Origin: a virus | Taxonomy: Duplodnaviria; Caudoviricetes | Virus record (IMG/VR): IMGVR_UViG_3300049235_000002 | Location: 2,934 to 66,933 of that record | DNA: 64,000 nt | Direction: 5' to 3' (one strand) | Shown here: piece after piece, positions 35,256-44,800 of the stretch | How the letters are laid out: each line of letters opens with the position of its first letter | How positions within the stretch are numbered: position 1 is the first letter of the stretch | Notes under the pieces: model-generated | Seen by the model: only the letters and a program-made list of their open reading frames with translations | Told to the model about the DNA's origin: nothing | Database searches by the model: none | Position numbers and translations under genes: made by a program

Positions 35256-35507
35256 GCTATCCAATCACCCACACCCGTCTCATCTCTTTCTTCTCCCCTA
35301 CTACCACGCGCATGCAGATTTGGTAAAACTCCCCTACTGGCTCAGGCTTGCAGCGGCGACATAGCCCGTCGTCATTGAGTCGGTCGAGATCGCCACATGA
35401 CCAGCAGAGCCAGCGTGTGTCGTTGATAGGTTCAGTGTAGTTCATAAGTGACTTCGATAGCAGGAAGAAACACCCCGCCGCATGTCACCGCTTCGAAGCG
35501 TCTCTCC

Positions 35508-36161
35508 TCAGCCTGCAACTTCTACCTCGTCATCAACTACCACCTGAAACCAGCGGATGTGCATTTTTGAATTACTACTGCCGTCCTCGTTAAGATAACG
35601 GGTTCCGCATTTTGAGCAGGCCATGTCCTCGTGAGGTCGTTTATGAACACTTTCATGGAATCGTGGTAACTTTCCTGTATTACCGCAGTTGTGACAGGCG
35701 TAGTGTGGTTCCGTTTCAATGTGAGTACCGTTCGGCCGTGTTGTAGCGCCTGGCTGAGTAGGTTGCCCTTCACTTTTTACTCTGTAGTAAGCGAATGGAT
35801 GGGCTGGTGTATGTTCCGTTCCCAGTGTTGCCTCTCCGAGTAAAATAGCAGAGCAGTACCATGCTCCATGCATCGCGCTAATACCATCCGGGTATGCCAT
35901 GCCCGCCCCGCATTTACACCTGAACGTAGCAGCGAATAAAAGCTCGTAAACGGTGAAATCCCCTAATCCCAACTCAGCCCGCTTAAGTCGCTGCTCAGTT
36001 GTTTCCGCTTCCTTTCGTGCCGCTTCATGGAAGCGATCTAGCGCGGCTCTTTGCCCGGAATCATTCGCCTCTGCCTGATCCAGTTCAATTAAAAATTCGT
36101 CCAGTTTTCCCATTCCGATATTCCCTTTCCCGAAGATTTGCAGGAAAAGACGCCCTCCCAA
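35508..36161 (-). CDS. Multi-zinc-finger hypothetical protein
   Basis: CKCG...WYC...H, CHNC, CSKC motifs. The real start may be an internal ATG (MGKLDEF). Confidence 0.6.
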   Translation of the reverse strand: MGGRLFLQIFGKGNIGMGKLDEFLIELDQAEANDSGQRAALDRFHEAARKEAETTEQRLKRAELGLGDFTVYELLFAATFRCKCGAGMAYPDGISAMHGAWYCSAILLGEATLGTEHTPAHPFAYYRVKSEGQPTQPGATTRPNGTHIETEPHYACHNCGNTGKLPRFHESVHKRPHEDMACSKCGTRYLNEDGSSNSKMHIRWFQVVVDDEVEVAG

Positions 36162-36398
36162 GCAATCAAGTGAACGTCTCTCCTGCTTCTAACTCCGCGT
36201 CAGAGTCCTAATCAACGCGGAGTATTCTCAGTTCTAAATCAACCTTTACAACCAGATCGCTCTTTCCTTTCGTCTAGATTTTAACTACTTCCCGCCTTGT
36301 TCACACTATCAAGATGTGCGGGTTAGCTTTCCCCCTGCTTCCCGCGCCCGGACCAATCAAGGCATGCCGCTGCCAGTCCGTCACGACCACCGCCACTG

Positions 36399-36749
36399 TC
36401 AAGATCCGTCTTCGTAAATATGCCCGATCACCTCAATATCGGGACTGATATCATCCGGCAATCCGAACCCTTCATCGCTACTGAATTTCACTTCCCATGA
36501 GTAGGGATACTTGCTCAGTGGATAGCGCTGCACGATGTCGCCGACGTAGACTACCCTACCCGTTCGATCTTTGATCTCCGTGCAGAGCTGGTCCGATCCG
36601 ATTGGCGCGAACCCTTCGCCGAAGTTATGCGACGGACAATTACAAGTCGCCTCGCCCCACTGCTGCATGACAATAGTTGCGGCCATCACTTCCCAGTACA
36701 ACCAGCGAAAGTGACCGTTATGACATCGGTTTGGAGTACGGAATCTCAT
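36399..36749 (-). CDS. YopX-family protein
   Basis: MRFR...Q.CTEIKDRTGRVVYVGDIV...EVIGHIYED. Confidence 0.75.
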   Translation of the reverse strand: MRFRTPNRCHNGHFRWLYWEVMAATIVMQQWGEATCNCPSHNFGEGFAPIGSDQLCTEIKDRTGRVVYVGDIVQRYPLSKYPYSWEVKFSSDEGFGLPDDISPDIEVIGHIYEDGS

Positions 36750-36922
36750 CTCGTCATCGCCTCCCGATCCTGCACCTTGGGCATGATCTCACACAACTTT
36801 CGCTGTAACACCGAGATCGTCAGCATCACTTCCTGTCGCTCAGTCGGAGTGAGAAACTTGAACGTGCTGGTGAACGGATCGAATACTGCAAGTAGAAGCC
36901 GAGCAGGAAGTCGTATTCAGTT

Positions 36923-37213
36923 TTAGCGCTGTTGATGTCCATTGCGGCCTCCGAATTGAGCTTTGATTGCACGTAACTGACTGATTACCGATTCAAATTC
37001 CTGCGCATCAACCCGCATGGTCAGCATCTTCTCGTACTCCTCTGCGAGTACTTCGTAGGTCGTGAAATGGAACTTGCACGACTTACACTCGTTGCGCCGC
37101 CGTCGCGCCGCCCTGCCATCGCGCATGTTCGTGTCGATGACGTGCGCTCGCGCATGGCCGCAGTTAGGGCACGAGAGGCCGACGTAGCCGCGGTTGTCGG
37201 GGAAGATGGTCAT
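36923..37213 (-). CDS. NrdR-like zinc-ribbon regulator lacking the ATP cone
   Basis: CPNCGH..AHVIDT...RRRRNECKSCKFHFTTYE. Confidence 0.75.
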   Translation of the reverse strand: MTIFPDNRGYVGLSCPNCGHARAHVIDTNMRDGRAARRRRNECKSCKFHFTTYEVLAEEYEKMLTMRVDAQEFESVISQLRAIKAQFGGRNGHQQR

Positions 37214-37479
37214 TCGCCTTTCGTCTGGGCCATATGATCGCGCATCTTGATTAGTTTGCCGATCAGATCATCAACCGCGGGAAGGTTCCAACGCTGTTTG
37301 AGAATAACATTGCCCTCACCGTCCTGCGTGGTCATCTCCAGCACTGGGCCGTTAGGCGTTTCAGGGACAATAGCCATCTCCGGCACAGCGTCGATCTTGA
37401 CCAGCGTACGTATTGCTGTCGGTATGGACCACTGTGGCTCGCGCATGAGATCTATCAGCCTGTCAATTCCTCGTGACAT
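37210..37479 (-). CDS. Hypothetical protein
   Basis: ORF track; coupled. Confidence 0.5.
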   Translation of the reverse strand: MSRGIDRLIDLMREPQWSIPTAIRTLVKIDAVPEMAIVPETPNGPVLEMTTQDGEGNVILKQRWNLPAVDDLIGKLIKMRDHMAQTKGE

Positions 37480-38096
37480 CTTTCTCCCTCTCAGCTAATG
37501 TCGTCATTGCCGCCGCTACATTTCCATTCAATAATCTTCACTTCGCCGTTATCGTCCACCGCCACGGTCTTAGTTCCGGCGCGTATCCCATCTTCCGGTC
37601 GATGAAAACCACCACACGAGCAAAAACCCTCGGAGACATCGTGACCCACTCGGCCCGAGTAAATGTCAGGTGTTGGATTCATTCCTCATTCCCGCCTCTC
37701 TTTTCAGGTTGGACGCCAGCCGTCGAACTCAACGACAAAGTTCCCATTGCTGCGCTGACGAACTTCCTTAACCACAGCTTTATGGCCCATGCGGCTCGGA
37801 TAACCCTCGACCATGAACACGTCTTGATTCAAGTAGTAGGCTATAGCGGCCCGCATCTCATCTGCTTCGATTTCCATGATGACGTGTCCGATCATTGCGG
37901 AACCCCTCGGGCGACGATAACTTTAGCGATACCTGTAAAGAAATCCATGATCCGCTGTGGCGACCATTCTTTTATTTCATCCGCAGTGAGGCTTACGCCA
38001 ATGTAGAATTTCACAAATCCATGTAGGTTATTCAGTCCTGAGACCATCGGCATCGGTGGTGGCGGTCTCTGATTGGTTAATGGAATTCCGGTAATG

Positions 38097-38357
38097 TTAA
38101 TCATTTACACCTCCCGCTACAGCGTGCGCAGCGTCCTTATCAGGCTCCCAGAAGTCCATGTGATAAATTCGTGGACTGCGTTCACCGTCGCGTACGACTG
38201 ATACCAGCAGTGACGGATCTTGAGCGAAAGCGCTGGACGGGAAGCCCGTTACCCGCGCGTACCGGCGCTTAGGTTTGAAGTTGTCCAAAAACTTATCTTG
38301 GCCTTCTCTGGTCATTCTGACACGCTGGCCGATTTTAAACTTCTCCATTGCTGTCAT
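38097..38357 (-). CDS. Small SH3/KOW-like protein
   Basis: FKIGQRVRM...ARVTGF...VSVVRDG...YHMDFWE. Confidence 0.5.
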   Translation of the reverse strand: MTAMEKFKIGQRVRMTREGQDKFLDNFKPKRRYARVTGFPSSAFAQDPSLLVSVVRDGERSPRIYHMDFWEPDKDAAHAVAGGVND

Positions 38358-38358
38358 C

Positions 38359-39027
38359 TCAATCTCCTCTGCTTGCTTCGAGGGCTACACTGGAAACGCC
38401 TTCCGGCAGCGTCCCTGAATTCGCTGTAGAACTAGTTCCCACGCCATTCGCTGACAATGGCGGCTGAGCACCGCGAGCAGCGGACGACGGTTGAAAAGGG
38501 TGATAACCACCATAGCCCATTGATTTATCGTGAATCGGGTCAGCTTGAACAGAGCGGCACTCTGCGCCATTGCCACGTCCGTCGTCGGATATATAAGCGC
38601 ACATTTCGTCTGGCGCGGGTCGTCGATCCATTAAATCGCTAGATGAAGTTGGCAGTCCTGCCCGCTTCTTCGGGCTCAGCTTCTTCGTTAACCTCGCTAG
38701 CGAAACGAATGCGTGATAACCCTCAGCGTCCTTGTTGCTGTGAATAAAATGGTTCTTAGTCGCCCCCTGGCAGCGTCCGCATAGCTCGCCCTTGACGGTC
38801 ATGGTCGCAGGCTTCGTCTTCGTAGGCTGACGTGATTGCGGGGCGAGAGATTCTGCGGTCTGCCTACGCAACTTCTCCAGCGCGTGCTCAACTGCGTATA
38901 GTGAACTAAGGTTACTACGATAGACCGCCATCTCAGCCTCGGCTGTAGCAATGTCGGTTTTGACACTGGCAATCTCCTTGTCGATCCCTTCGAGAATTAC
39001 GTCGCGTTTTGTTGTTTGCTTTGCCAT
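38359..39027 (-). CDS. Coiled-coil plus Cys/His repeat protein
   Basis: N-terminal heptads; two C...IH...GYH.F units. Confidence 0.55.
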   Translation of the reverse strand: MAKQTTKRDVILEGIDKEIASVKTDIATAEAEMAVYRSNLSSLYAVEHALEKLRRQTAESLAPQSRQPTKTKPATMTVKGELCGRCQGATKNHFIHSNKDAEGYHAFVSLARLTKKLSPKKRAGLPTSSSDLMDRRPAPDEMCAYISDDGRGNGAECRSVQADPIHDKSMGYGGYHPFQPSSAARGAQPPLSANGVGTSSTANSGTLPEGVSSVALEASRGD

Positions 39028-39417
39028 TGTTAATCTCCTGTAGGGCAATCTCATTTAGAACTGTTTGTAATACGTCGATCAGTGCTTGCGCCTCCGATTC
39101 GTGTAGCGGTAATAATGTTCCGCCGTGCGGCTCAATTCCTTGCAGGTATTTACGCCCGTTACTGCCGACGCTGAAAACAACATCAAGCCTATGTCCCGTT
39201 TGTACGTGAATCGACATTCCCGCTCCCTTCTCAATTTTGAATATCAGTACGTTGCTCACTGGCCCTTGACGATTCTTTAGCCACTGGAGGAACGTTTCAA
39301 AGCGCCATTCGTACTCCGTCACCGATGAACTATCCGGCGCGCGCTCGTCGATGAACTCTCGCATGTAGCCGCGTAGCTGGCCCAGGTCGATTGCCATTCC
39401 AGCTTTCGTTGCGGTGG

Positions 39418-39954
39418 TCATTGCGACTCCTTTTCCACATTCACTGATTCAATCTCAATCGAAGTTAAGCTGAGCTTCCAGTCAGGCGGCTCTATAGTTA
39501 GCAGTGTGTGCGTTTGTTCGTTGCTGAGATAAGGAGGATCATAATCGGGTTCACTGTCGTAACCACCTGAATAACCACCGCTGCAATATGTTCCAGTCTT
39601 AACGTGACGCTTGCTACACACGGTCCAGCCTGACGTGTTACGGAAACGCTCGTCTATCTCGGTGTAGATCTTTCGCTCCTTACCGCCGAAGCCCTTGGAG
39701 CGAATCCAGTGCGAGGCAAGCGCATCTAAAAGGTCGGCGCATAGTCGAGGATCGGTGGTAGTAATATCGACTGGATTCCCTGTCACGCTGACGATAAAAT
39801 CACTAACCTTTTGCGCGTGCTCTTTCTCAACGGCTTTCAGCGCGTCTTCCTTCGTCAATGGATAGCCTACGCGGATAACAACCAGCGGCTCGACTACTTG
39901 CACTCGATCGCCAACGTGGTAAACAGTTCGCTTGGTTTGCGTCGCGCTCATCAT
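39418..39954 (-). CDS. Hypothetical protein
   Basis: ORF track; YHVGDRVQV start; coupled. Confidence 0.6.
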   Translation of the reverse strand: MMSATQTKRTVYHVGDRVQVVEPLVVIRVGYPLTKEDALKAVEKEHAQKVSDFIVSVTGNPVDITTTDPRLCADLLDALASHWIRSKGFGGKERKIYTEIDERFRNTSGWTVCSKRHVKTGTYCSGGYSGGYDSEPDYDPPYLSNEQTHTLLTIEPPDWKLSLTSIEIESVNVEKESQ

Positions 39955-41042
39955 CCCACCCCGCTAAACAGCGTCGTCTGCTCCATTGCCGCCTCAGCGT
40001 TGCGCAGGTTGGCGCAAGCCTGCTTGAAGTATGATTCTTTCAACTCATGGCCTAGGAACCTTCGTCTCATTTGCACCGCGCGATAACCTTCGCTTCCGAT
40101 TCCGGCAAACGGGGAGTAGATCAGATTGCCGGGGTTGGTCCATAGTTGGATGCCGCGCTCGATCACTTGCAGTTGAAGTGGCGCAATGTGGCGCTCGTCA
40201 GCTTGCTCTCTTGCTGATTCACGTTGCAGCGTGTCGCTCGGATTAATGTCCATCCAGACAGGAGAGGCATAGCGTTGCCAGATATCGATGCTGGTTCGCG
40301 TAGCGCCTGATCCGGCTACCGCTTGATCCGAGTATGCGTCCAGCGGCGACTTGACCGTATCGTCGCGGCGGACAATGAAGCCATCTCCGGCATAGCGGTT
40401 TAATGGTCCAGCAACGCGCTCCGGGTTCTCACCCGGCTTGCGCACGGTGACGAGGTAGTCTGGTATCCCCTGGCGGCTCATACACGAATCTTTAACCAAC
40501 TGTTTATGCAGCAACCCTAACGCTTTGGTGCGTTGCATTGCAGTTACGGGATCTTTCCAAATCACAGCCTCGCTGTGGTAGATGAACCCACCTGAGCGTA
40601 GCGAGGCGTCAACCAGCGCGGCGTCAATCTCAGATGTGTCACGTTCTAGTCGTTGCAGTATCCGCTTAGCTTCATGGAGTGTCGCGGCTTCACTCCCACA
40701 AAACATTCGAATCAAGTTGCCGCGAAAGTCAGTCTGCCCAATTACTCCGTCACGCTCCTTGCTCGTAGGGAGGTTCATGCAGTGAAACGAAAGCAGTCGC
40801 CCCGGCATCAGCACGCGATACAGTTGTTCAACGAGGAATGAGAAGTGGTCGTAGAATTCAGTGTGCGTGCGAGCGTTTCCCATATCACGTTCCGAGGCCG
40901 AATATACGTAAAGTGAAGCGAAAGGAGGAGAAAAAATACTGTAGTGGACAGAGCCTGATGGGATACCTTTTACTAACTCACAACAATCGCCCTGATACAT
41001 AGCCCACTGCCCGCCTAGTTGCTGGTTAATGACCTTTACCAA
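39951..41042 (-). CDS. DNA amino-methyltransferase (N4-C/N6-A, beta class)
   Basis: FSPPF catalytic motif before SPFAGIGS SAM-binding motif; GHELKESYF. Confidence 0.88.
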   Translation of the reverse strand: MVKVINQQLGGQWAMYQGDCCELVKGIPSGSVHYSIFSPPFASLYVYSASERDMGNARTHTEFYDHFSFLVEQLYRVLMPGRLLSFHCMNLPTSKERDGVIGQTDFRGNLIRMFCGSEAATLHEAKRILQRLERDTSEIDAALVDASLRSGGFIYHSEAVIWKDPVTAMQRTKALGLLHKQLVKDSCMSRQGIPDYLVTVRKPGENPERVAGPLNRYAGDGFIVRRDDTVKSPLDAYSDQAVAGSGATRTSIDIWQRYASPVWMDINPSDTLQRESAREQADERHIAPLQLQVIERGIQLWTNPGNLIYSPFAGIGSEGYRAVQMRRRFLGHELKESYFKQACANLRNAEAAMEQTTLFSGVG

Positions 41043-41748
41043 GATATTCTCCCCTCGTATTCTTTTTACTATGAACCCAATAGTGGCATGGTCTGCATAA
41101 TAGAATTAAGTTTTCAACTACCGCACGGCGCTCTCGGATCTTAAAGCTATCAATATGGTGGATCGTAAATTGTGGCTTGCCCCGCTCAATTGTTCGATGG
41201 TCTAACTTACATCTTTGACAGATTGCGTCGTCACGCTTCCAAACCGCCTTAACCGCGTCGCTCCACTCAGGGGTGGAATAAAAGGCTTGCCGCTCAGGGG
41301 TAATGCCACCTTTCCAGCTTCCGGGCCGTCGCCCTGTTGCCTTAAGCCAGTGAATACCATTCTTGAGATAAGGAACGTGACCATCCTGTAATCGCCTTTG
41401 TCGTACTGCTTCCTTGTATTTATCGGTATGCTTCTTGCCTTTGAATGCCGACTCTTCGCCCTTTTTAAATCGGCGATTAAGATCTCCGTAACCGCGTGGC
41501 CGGGTTGGAATCCCAAAGTCTTTTAGCCAGTTCCAAACTGATTTAGGATCACGCTTAACTATGTGAGCAATCTGAGTGCAATTAAGACCCTTAGTTAAAT
41601 AGGCGTCTCGTAGCCATTCTTCATTAACTGGCTTACGTAATTTTTGCCATTGTGACTTACATTGAATGTCGCAGAAATACATCGACATAACCGACACTCG
41701 CACCAACGGACTACCGCAAAATTCACAAGTTGTTTCAAAAGTAGGCAC
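41026..41748 (-). CDS. Free-standing HNH homing endonuclease with zinc finger, HTH and NUMOD3-like segment
   Basis: CEFC...CDIQC; FKGKKHTDKYKE; CQRC...HHI...NLILLCRPCHYWVH. Confidence 0.85.
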   Translation of the reverse strand: MPTFETTCEFCGSPLVRVSVMSMYFCDIQCKSQWQKLRKPVNEEWLRDAYLTKGLNCTQIAHIVKRDPKSVWNWLKDFGIPTRPRGYGDLNRRFKKGEESAFKGKKHTDKYKEAVRQRRLQDGHVPYLKNGIHWLKATGRRPGSWKGGITPERQAFYSTPEWSDAVKAVWKRDDAICQRCKLDHRTIERGKPQFTIHHIDSFKIRERRAVVENLILLCRPCHYWVHSKKNTRGEYLGKGH

Positions 41749-41757
41749 GCCACCATT

Positions 41758-43140
41758 TTACGCTACCCTTAACCATTCAGGCAAGATCATTTCTTGAGTT
41801 GGGCCATATCCCGCATCTACTACCGGACGACCACGCACCGCCTCGGTGTTATAAACGCTCATGTGCCTCACCATCTCCTTTGCCATGCGTGCAGCATCGG
41901 CTTCCTTGCGTTGAATGTTTCTCACCACCGCGCCCTCGGCTTCTGACGTGATAACGTGGCAGTTAACTTCGCGGGTTTGACCAAAGCGCCAGCAGCGCCG
42001 TACGCCTTGATAGAGAGCCTCAAAGCTGTCAGAAATCCCGAGGAACGCGACGTTATGACATTGTTGTAGATTAAGCCCCCACCCAAAAATCGACACTTTG
42101 CTGATTAGAACGCGCTTGTCTTTATTCAGCCATTGAGTCAGCCGTGACTCTTTCTCGGTGTCCGACAGCGAACCGTAAATTGACACGCATTCATTGCCAC
42201 AGAGCTTAGCAAGCGTGTCCTGCTCGACATTCAATCCACACCACACAACCCACTGAGAGTCGTCAGCTTTGATTAACTCGCCCAGCAGTTGCACTCGTTC
42301 TGCGATACTATCGCGCCGTGCGCCACGTCGCTCGATTAGTGTCTGTGCCTCAACCGGAAACAGGAATCCGTCAAGATTCTTCTCCGCTTTAACAACGTGA
42401 TGGTGGTAGTTGAGTGTTGGCAAAATAAAACCATCGTCATCGTATCTGAGATCGGAAGGCCGCCGCATCATCACGGCCCATTGACACATCCATTTCCAGT
42501 ACTCCTCTTGCGCGTGGCCCTTTAATCTCCACTTGCTGGTATCCCCACCGTCATGCACGAAGAAGGTGCTAAGCATTTCAGTTCGTGTTAGCACTCCTAA
42601 GAATTCGCTATGGTTTCCTAACTCCATCCGATCATTCGGCGCCGGAGTTGCGGAGCAGCACAGCTTCATTGGCGTGTGCGCGAATGCCTCAATTAACAGG
42701 TTGCGTGTAACGGCAGTAAATGATTTCAGACAACTCGATTCATCCAATACCACGCCGGGGAACACGGATGGATCGAAGTGATGCAGCTTCTCATAATTCG
42801 TGATGTAGATGCCGGGACCGTCAACTTCGGCCTGTGAGGCGACCACGCGGCAAGGGATACCAAACTTCTCACCCTCACGAGCCGTTTGATGTGAGACTGA
42901 TAGCGGGGCAAGAATTAGCACAGGGGCGTTGAGGTGTTGGACCACATGCTCGGCCCACGATAACTCCATGATCGACTTCCCCAAACCACAATCGGCCCAA
43001 ATTGCCGCCTTGCCGATACGTAAGGACCATCGGACCAGATCACGTTGAAACGGGAACAGGTGCGGGTTAGTAGGCTCAACTTCAAACCCACTCGGCGCAA
43101 CCGTAATGCGCTTACTGTCCAGGAATTCAGCGTAGTCCAC
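41758..43140 (-). CDS. SNF2-like (SF2) helicase
   Basis: LFPFQ, ADCGLGKS (motif I), LDESS (II), SATPAPN (III), GWGLNLQ, YQGVRRCWRFGQ. Confidence 0.88.
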   Translation of the reverse strand: MDYAEFLDSKRITVAPSGFEVEPTNPHLFPFQRDLVRWSLRIGKAAIWADCGLGKSIMELSWAEHVVQHLNAPVLILAPLSVSHQTAREGEKFGIPCRVVASQAEVDGPGIYITNYEKLHHFDPSVFPGVVLDESSCLKSFTAVTRNLLIEAFAHTPMKLCCSATPAPNDRMELGNHSEFLGVLTRTEMLSTFFVHDGGDTSKWRLKGHAQEEYWKWMCQWAVMMRRPSDLRYDDDGFILPTLNYHHHVVKAEKNLDGFLFPVEAQTLIERRGARRDSIAERVQLLGELIKADDSQWVVWCGLNVEQDTLAKLCGNECVSIYGSLSDTEKESRLTQWLNKDKRVLISKVSIFGWGLNLQQCHNVAFLGISDSFEALYQGVRRCWRFGQTREVNCHVITSEAEGAVVRNIQRKEADAARMAKEMVRHMSVYNTEAVRGRPVVDAGYGPTQEMILPEWLRVA

Positions 43141-43296
43141 ACGTTCTCCTGATAATTTGTAGCGCCACCCATGCCCCGCTAAGCGACCATGAATAAGCTA
43201 AAAATGTCCAGCCTTGATAGATCGCAAAGCTCAAGGGCCGTTGACCATCATGCGTGGGGTAACGCTGGGCCACAATGTAGATTCGTTTCTGTCGCA

Positions 43297-44382
43297 TCAT
43301 GCCCTCAACGTCATCGTGATGTAGCGATAGTTCACGTCATCACCCGCGCTCAATTGAAATAGATTCAGATCATCATTGAACGCGACCATTGGACTCGTCT
43401 CCGTGTCGATGAATGTAATGAAGTGTGCGCCGTTAACACCGATGGTTAACTTGTCACCGTTCAGCGTTGGACAGTCAATTGGTAATATCTCAGTCGATTG
43501 CCCGATCTCACTCTCCTTCGTCTCAATCGTCATCTCTTTCTGTGACAAGCTGACACGCAGCGGGATCGGGATAAGCGCATATTCCTTAGCTGTTACAGCA
43601 GCGAGTCGAAACGCTTGGCTTGCAGTATCGGCATTCAACGCAAACGAGTGCTTGAACGACGCCGGAACTAGGGGACGCCAGTCGGGGAACCGTGCGTCAA
43701 GCAGTCGCGTGATGAACACGCGGGAGCCTTGCTGAAATACCGCTTGATTTGCATTTGCCCCGACTTGGACCTCGCCGTCGAGGAACTTGACCAGCGCGGT
43801 TGCGGCACGGGTAGGCAGGATTAGATCCACGGTTAGACTGCTCGCAATGCCCGTTGTTGCCAAATGCCTACTGTTAGTTCCAGTCACCATCACCACTCCC
43901 TCACGCGAACACAACGATACACCCGCCATCCACGCATCTTTGGCGTCAGGCGTGACGCAGCGCAGAGCGCGAGTGATTGCCGTGGCGAGAGCTGTGCCAT
44001 CCATTGCGACCATCTCGACCTGTGGGCGCTCAGTCTCAGGGAATTGGATGACGGACTGAACCGGCAACTTGTGCCGCGACTTGCCCCAGCGCACACTGAC
44101 ACGCTCATTCGCCTCTGGCTTAAATTCAACCGTCTCGTCACCACACAACCTCACAATTTCCAGCAACTGTTTTGTCGGCACGCATCCGGCCCATGCATCC
44201 CCGCTAGCTTCAATCTCCGTGATGATGGTTGTGTCGATGTCTGTGGCGGTGAGCATGAGTGTCGTGCCAGTGAAGTCGAACTTCGTAGTGGATAACACGG
44301 GCATAGTTGACCTCTTCTCAGCCGTGGTGGCGAGTAGGGCCAGCTCAGTTGCGAGTAGCTTGCGGTTAACGGCGAAGGTCAT
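43297..44382 (-). CDS. dnaN: DNA polymerase III beta sliding clamp homologue
   Basis: STMPVLS, LMLTATDIDT, SRHKLPVQ...QFP, VTGTNSRHLA, TRLLDARFPDWRPLVP, IGVNGAHF, YITMTLR. Confidence 0.85.
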   Translation of the reverse strand: MTFAVNRKLLATELALLATTAEKRSTMPVLSTTKFDFTGTTLMLTATDIDTTIITEIEASGDAWAGCVPTKQLLEIVRLCGDETVEFKPEANERVSVRWGKSRHKLPVQSVIQFPETERPQVEMVAMDGTALATAITRALRCVTPDAKDAWMAGVSLCSREGVVMVTGTNSRHLATTGIASSLTVDLILPTRAATALVKFLDGEVQVGANANQAVFQQGSRVFITRLLDARFPDWRPLVPASFKHSFALNADTASQAFRLAAVTAKEYALIPIPLRVSLSQKEMTIETKESEIGQSTEILPIDCPTLNGDKLTIGVNGAHFITFIDTETSPMVAFNDDLNLFQLSAGDDVNYRYITMTLRA

Positions 44383-44678
44383 TTGTTGGACTCAGCTTTC
44401 AACTCGGCAATCTGCTCGTTCAGTTCATCGATCTCGGCTTCCAGTTTTTCGATCTGATCGTCGCGGCTGTCAAGCTTGTCTTCCAGATCAACGGCTTCTT
44501 CTTCCAGCGTCTCAATCTGGTTTTCCAGTGCCTCTATCTGCCCGTTCTTAACCTCAACTTCACTGAGAGCGTTGACGAGATACGCAACCTTCTCCGCCTC
44601 AGTCTGCACGCCTAGATGCGGCGGCCAGTGGTCAAGCAGCGCGTTAGTTGCGAGTTCGTTTAGTTGATTTGCGTCCAT
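44379..44678 (-). CDS. Acidic coiled-coil protein
   Basis: IEALENQIETLEEE..LEDKLD...IEKLEAEIDELNEQIAEL heptads. Confidence 0.6.
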   Translation of the reverse strand: MDANQLNELATNALLDHWPPHLGVQTEAEKVAYLVNALSEVEVKNGQIEALENQIETLEEEAVDLEDKLDSRDDQIEKLEAEIDELNEQIAELKAESNK

Positions 44679-44704
44679 TGTGTGCTTATCCTTTCCCGAT
44701 TTAC

Positions 44705-44800
44705 CTCGAACGATCCTTTGGACGATATTTAAACCCGCGCATTCGCGTCGTGACTTAAATCAGCGGCGCTAGCAGCCGACTTTGATCCAGATCGTTCAAG
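44705..44800 (-). ncRNA. Candidate structured RNA (multibranch, ~96 nt)
   Basis: 11-bp closing stem CTTGAACGATC/GATCGTTCGAG enclosing two hairpins; intergenic. The strand is assumed from the flanking genes. Confidence 0.4.

Noticed and set aside
36746-36942. Possible frameshifted gene (MDINSAKTEYDFLLG joined to LLLAVFDPF...EAMTR)
   Set aside because: Joining needs a one-base indel, and I have no homologue or read evidence; it could be two tiny ORFs or chance.
44705-44800. tRNA gene
   Set aside because: No acceptor stem with D and T-loop consensus in cloverleaf spacing; kept only as a generic structured-RNA candidate. No tRNA was recognised elsewhere.
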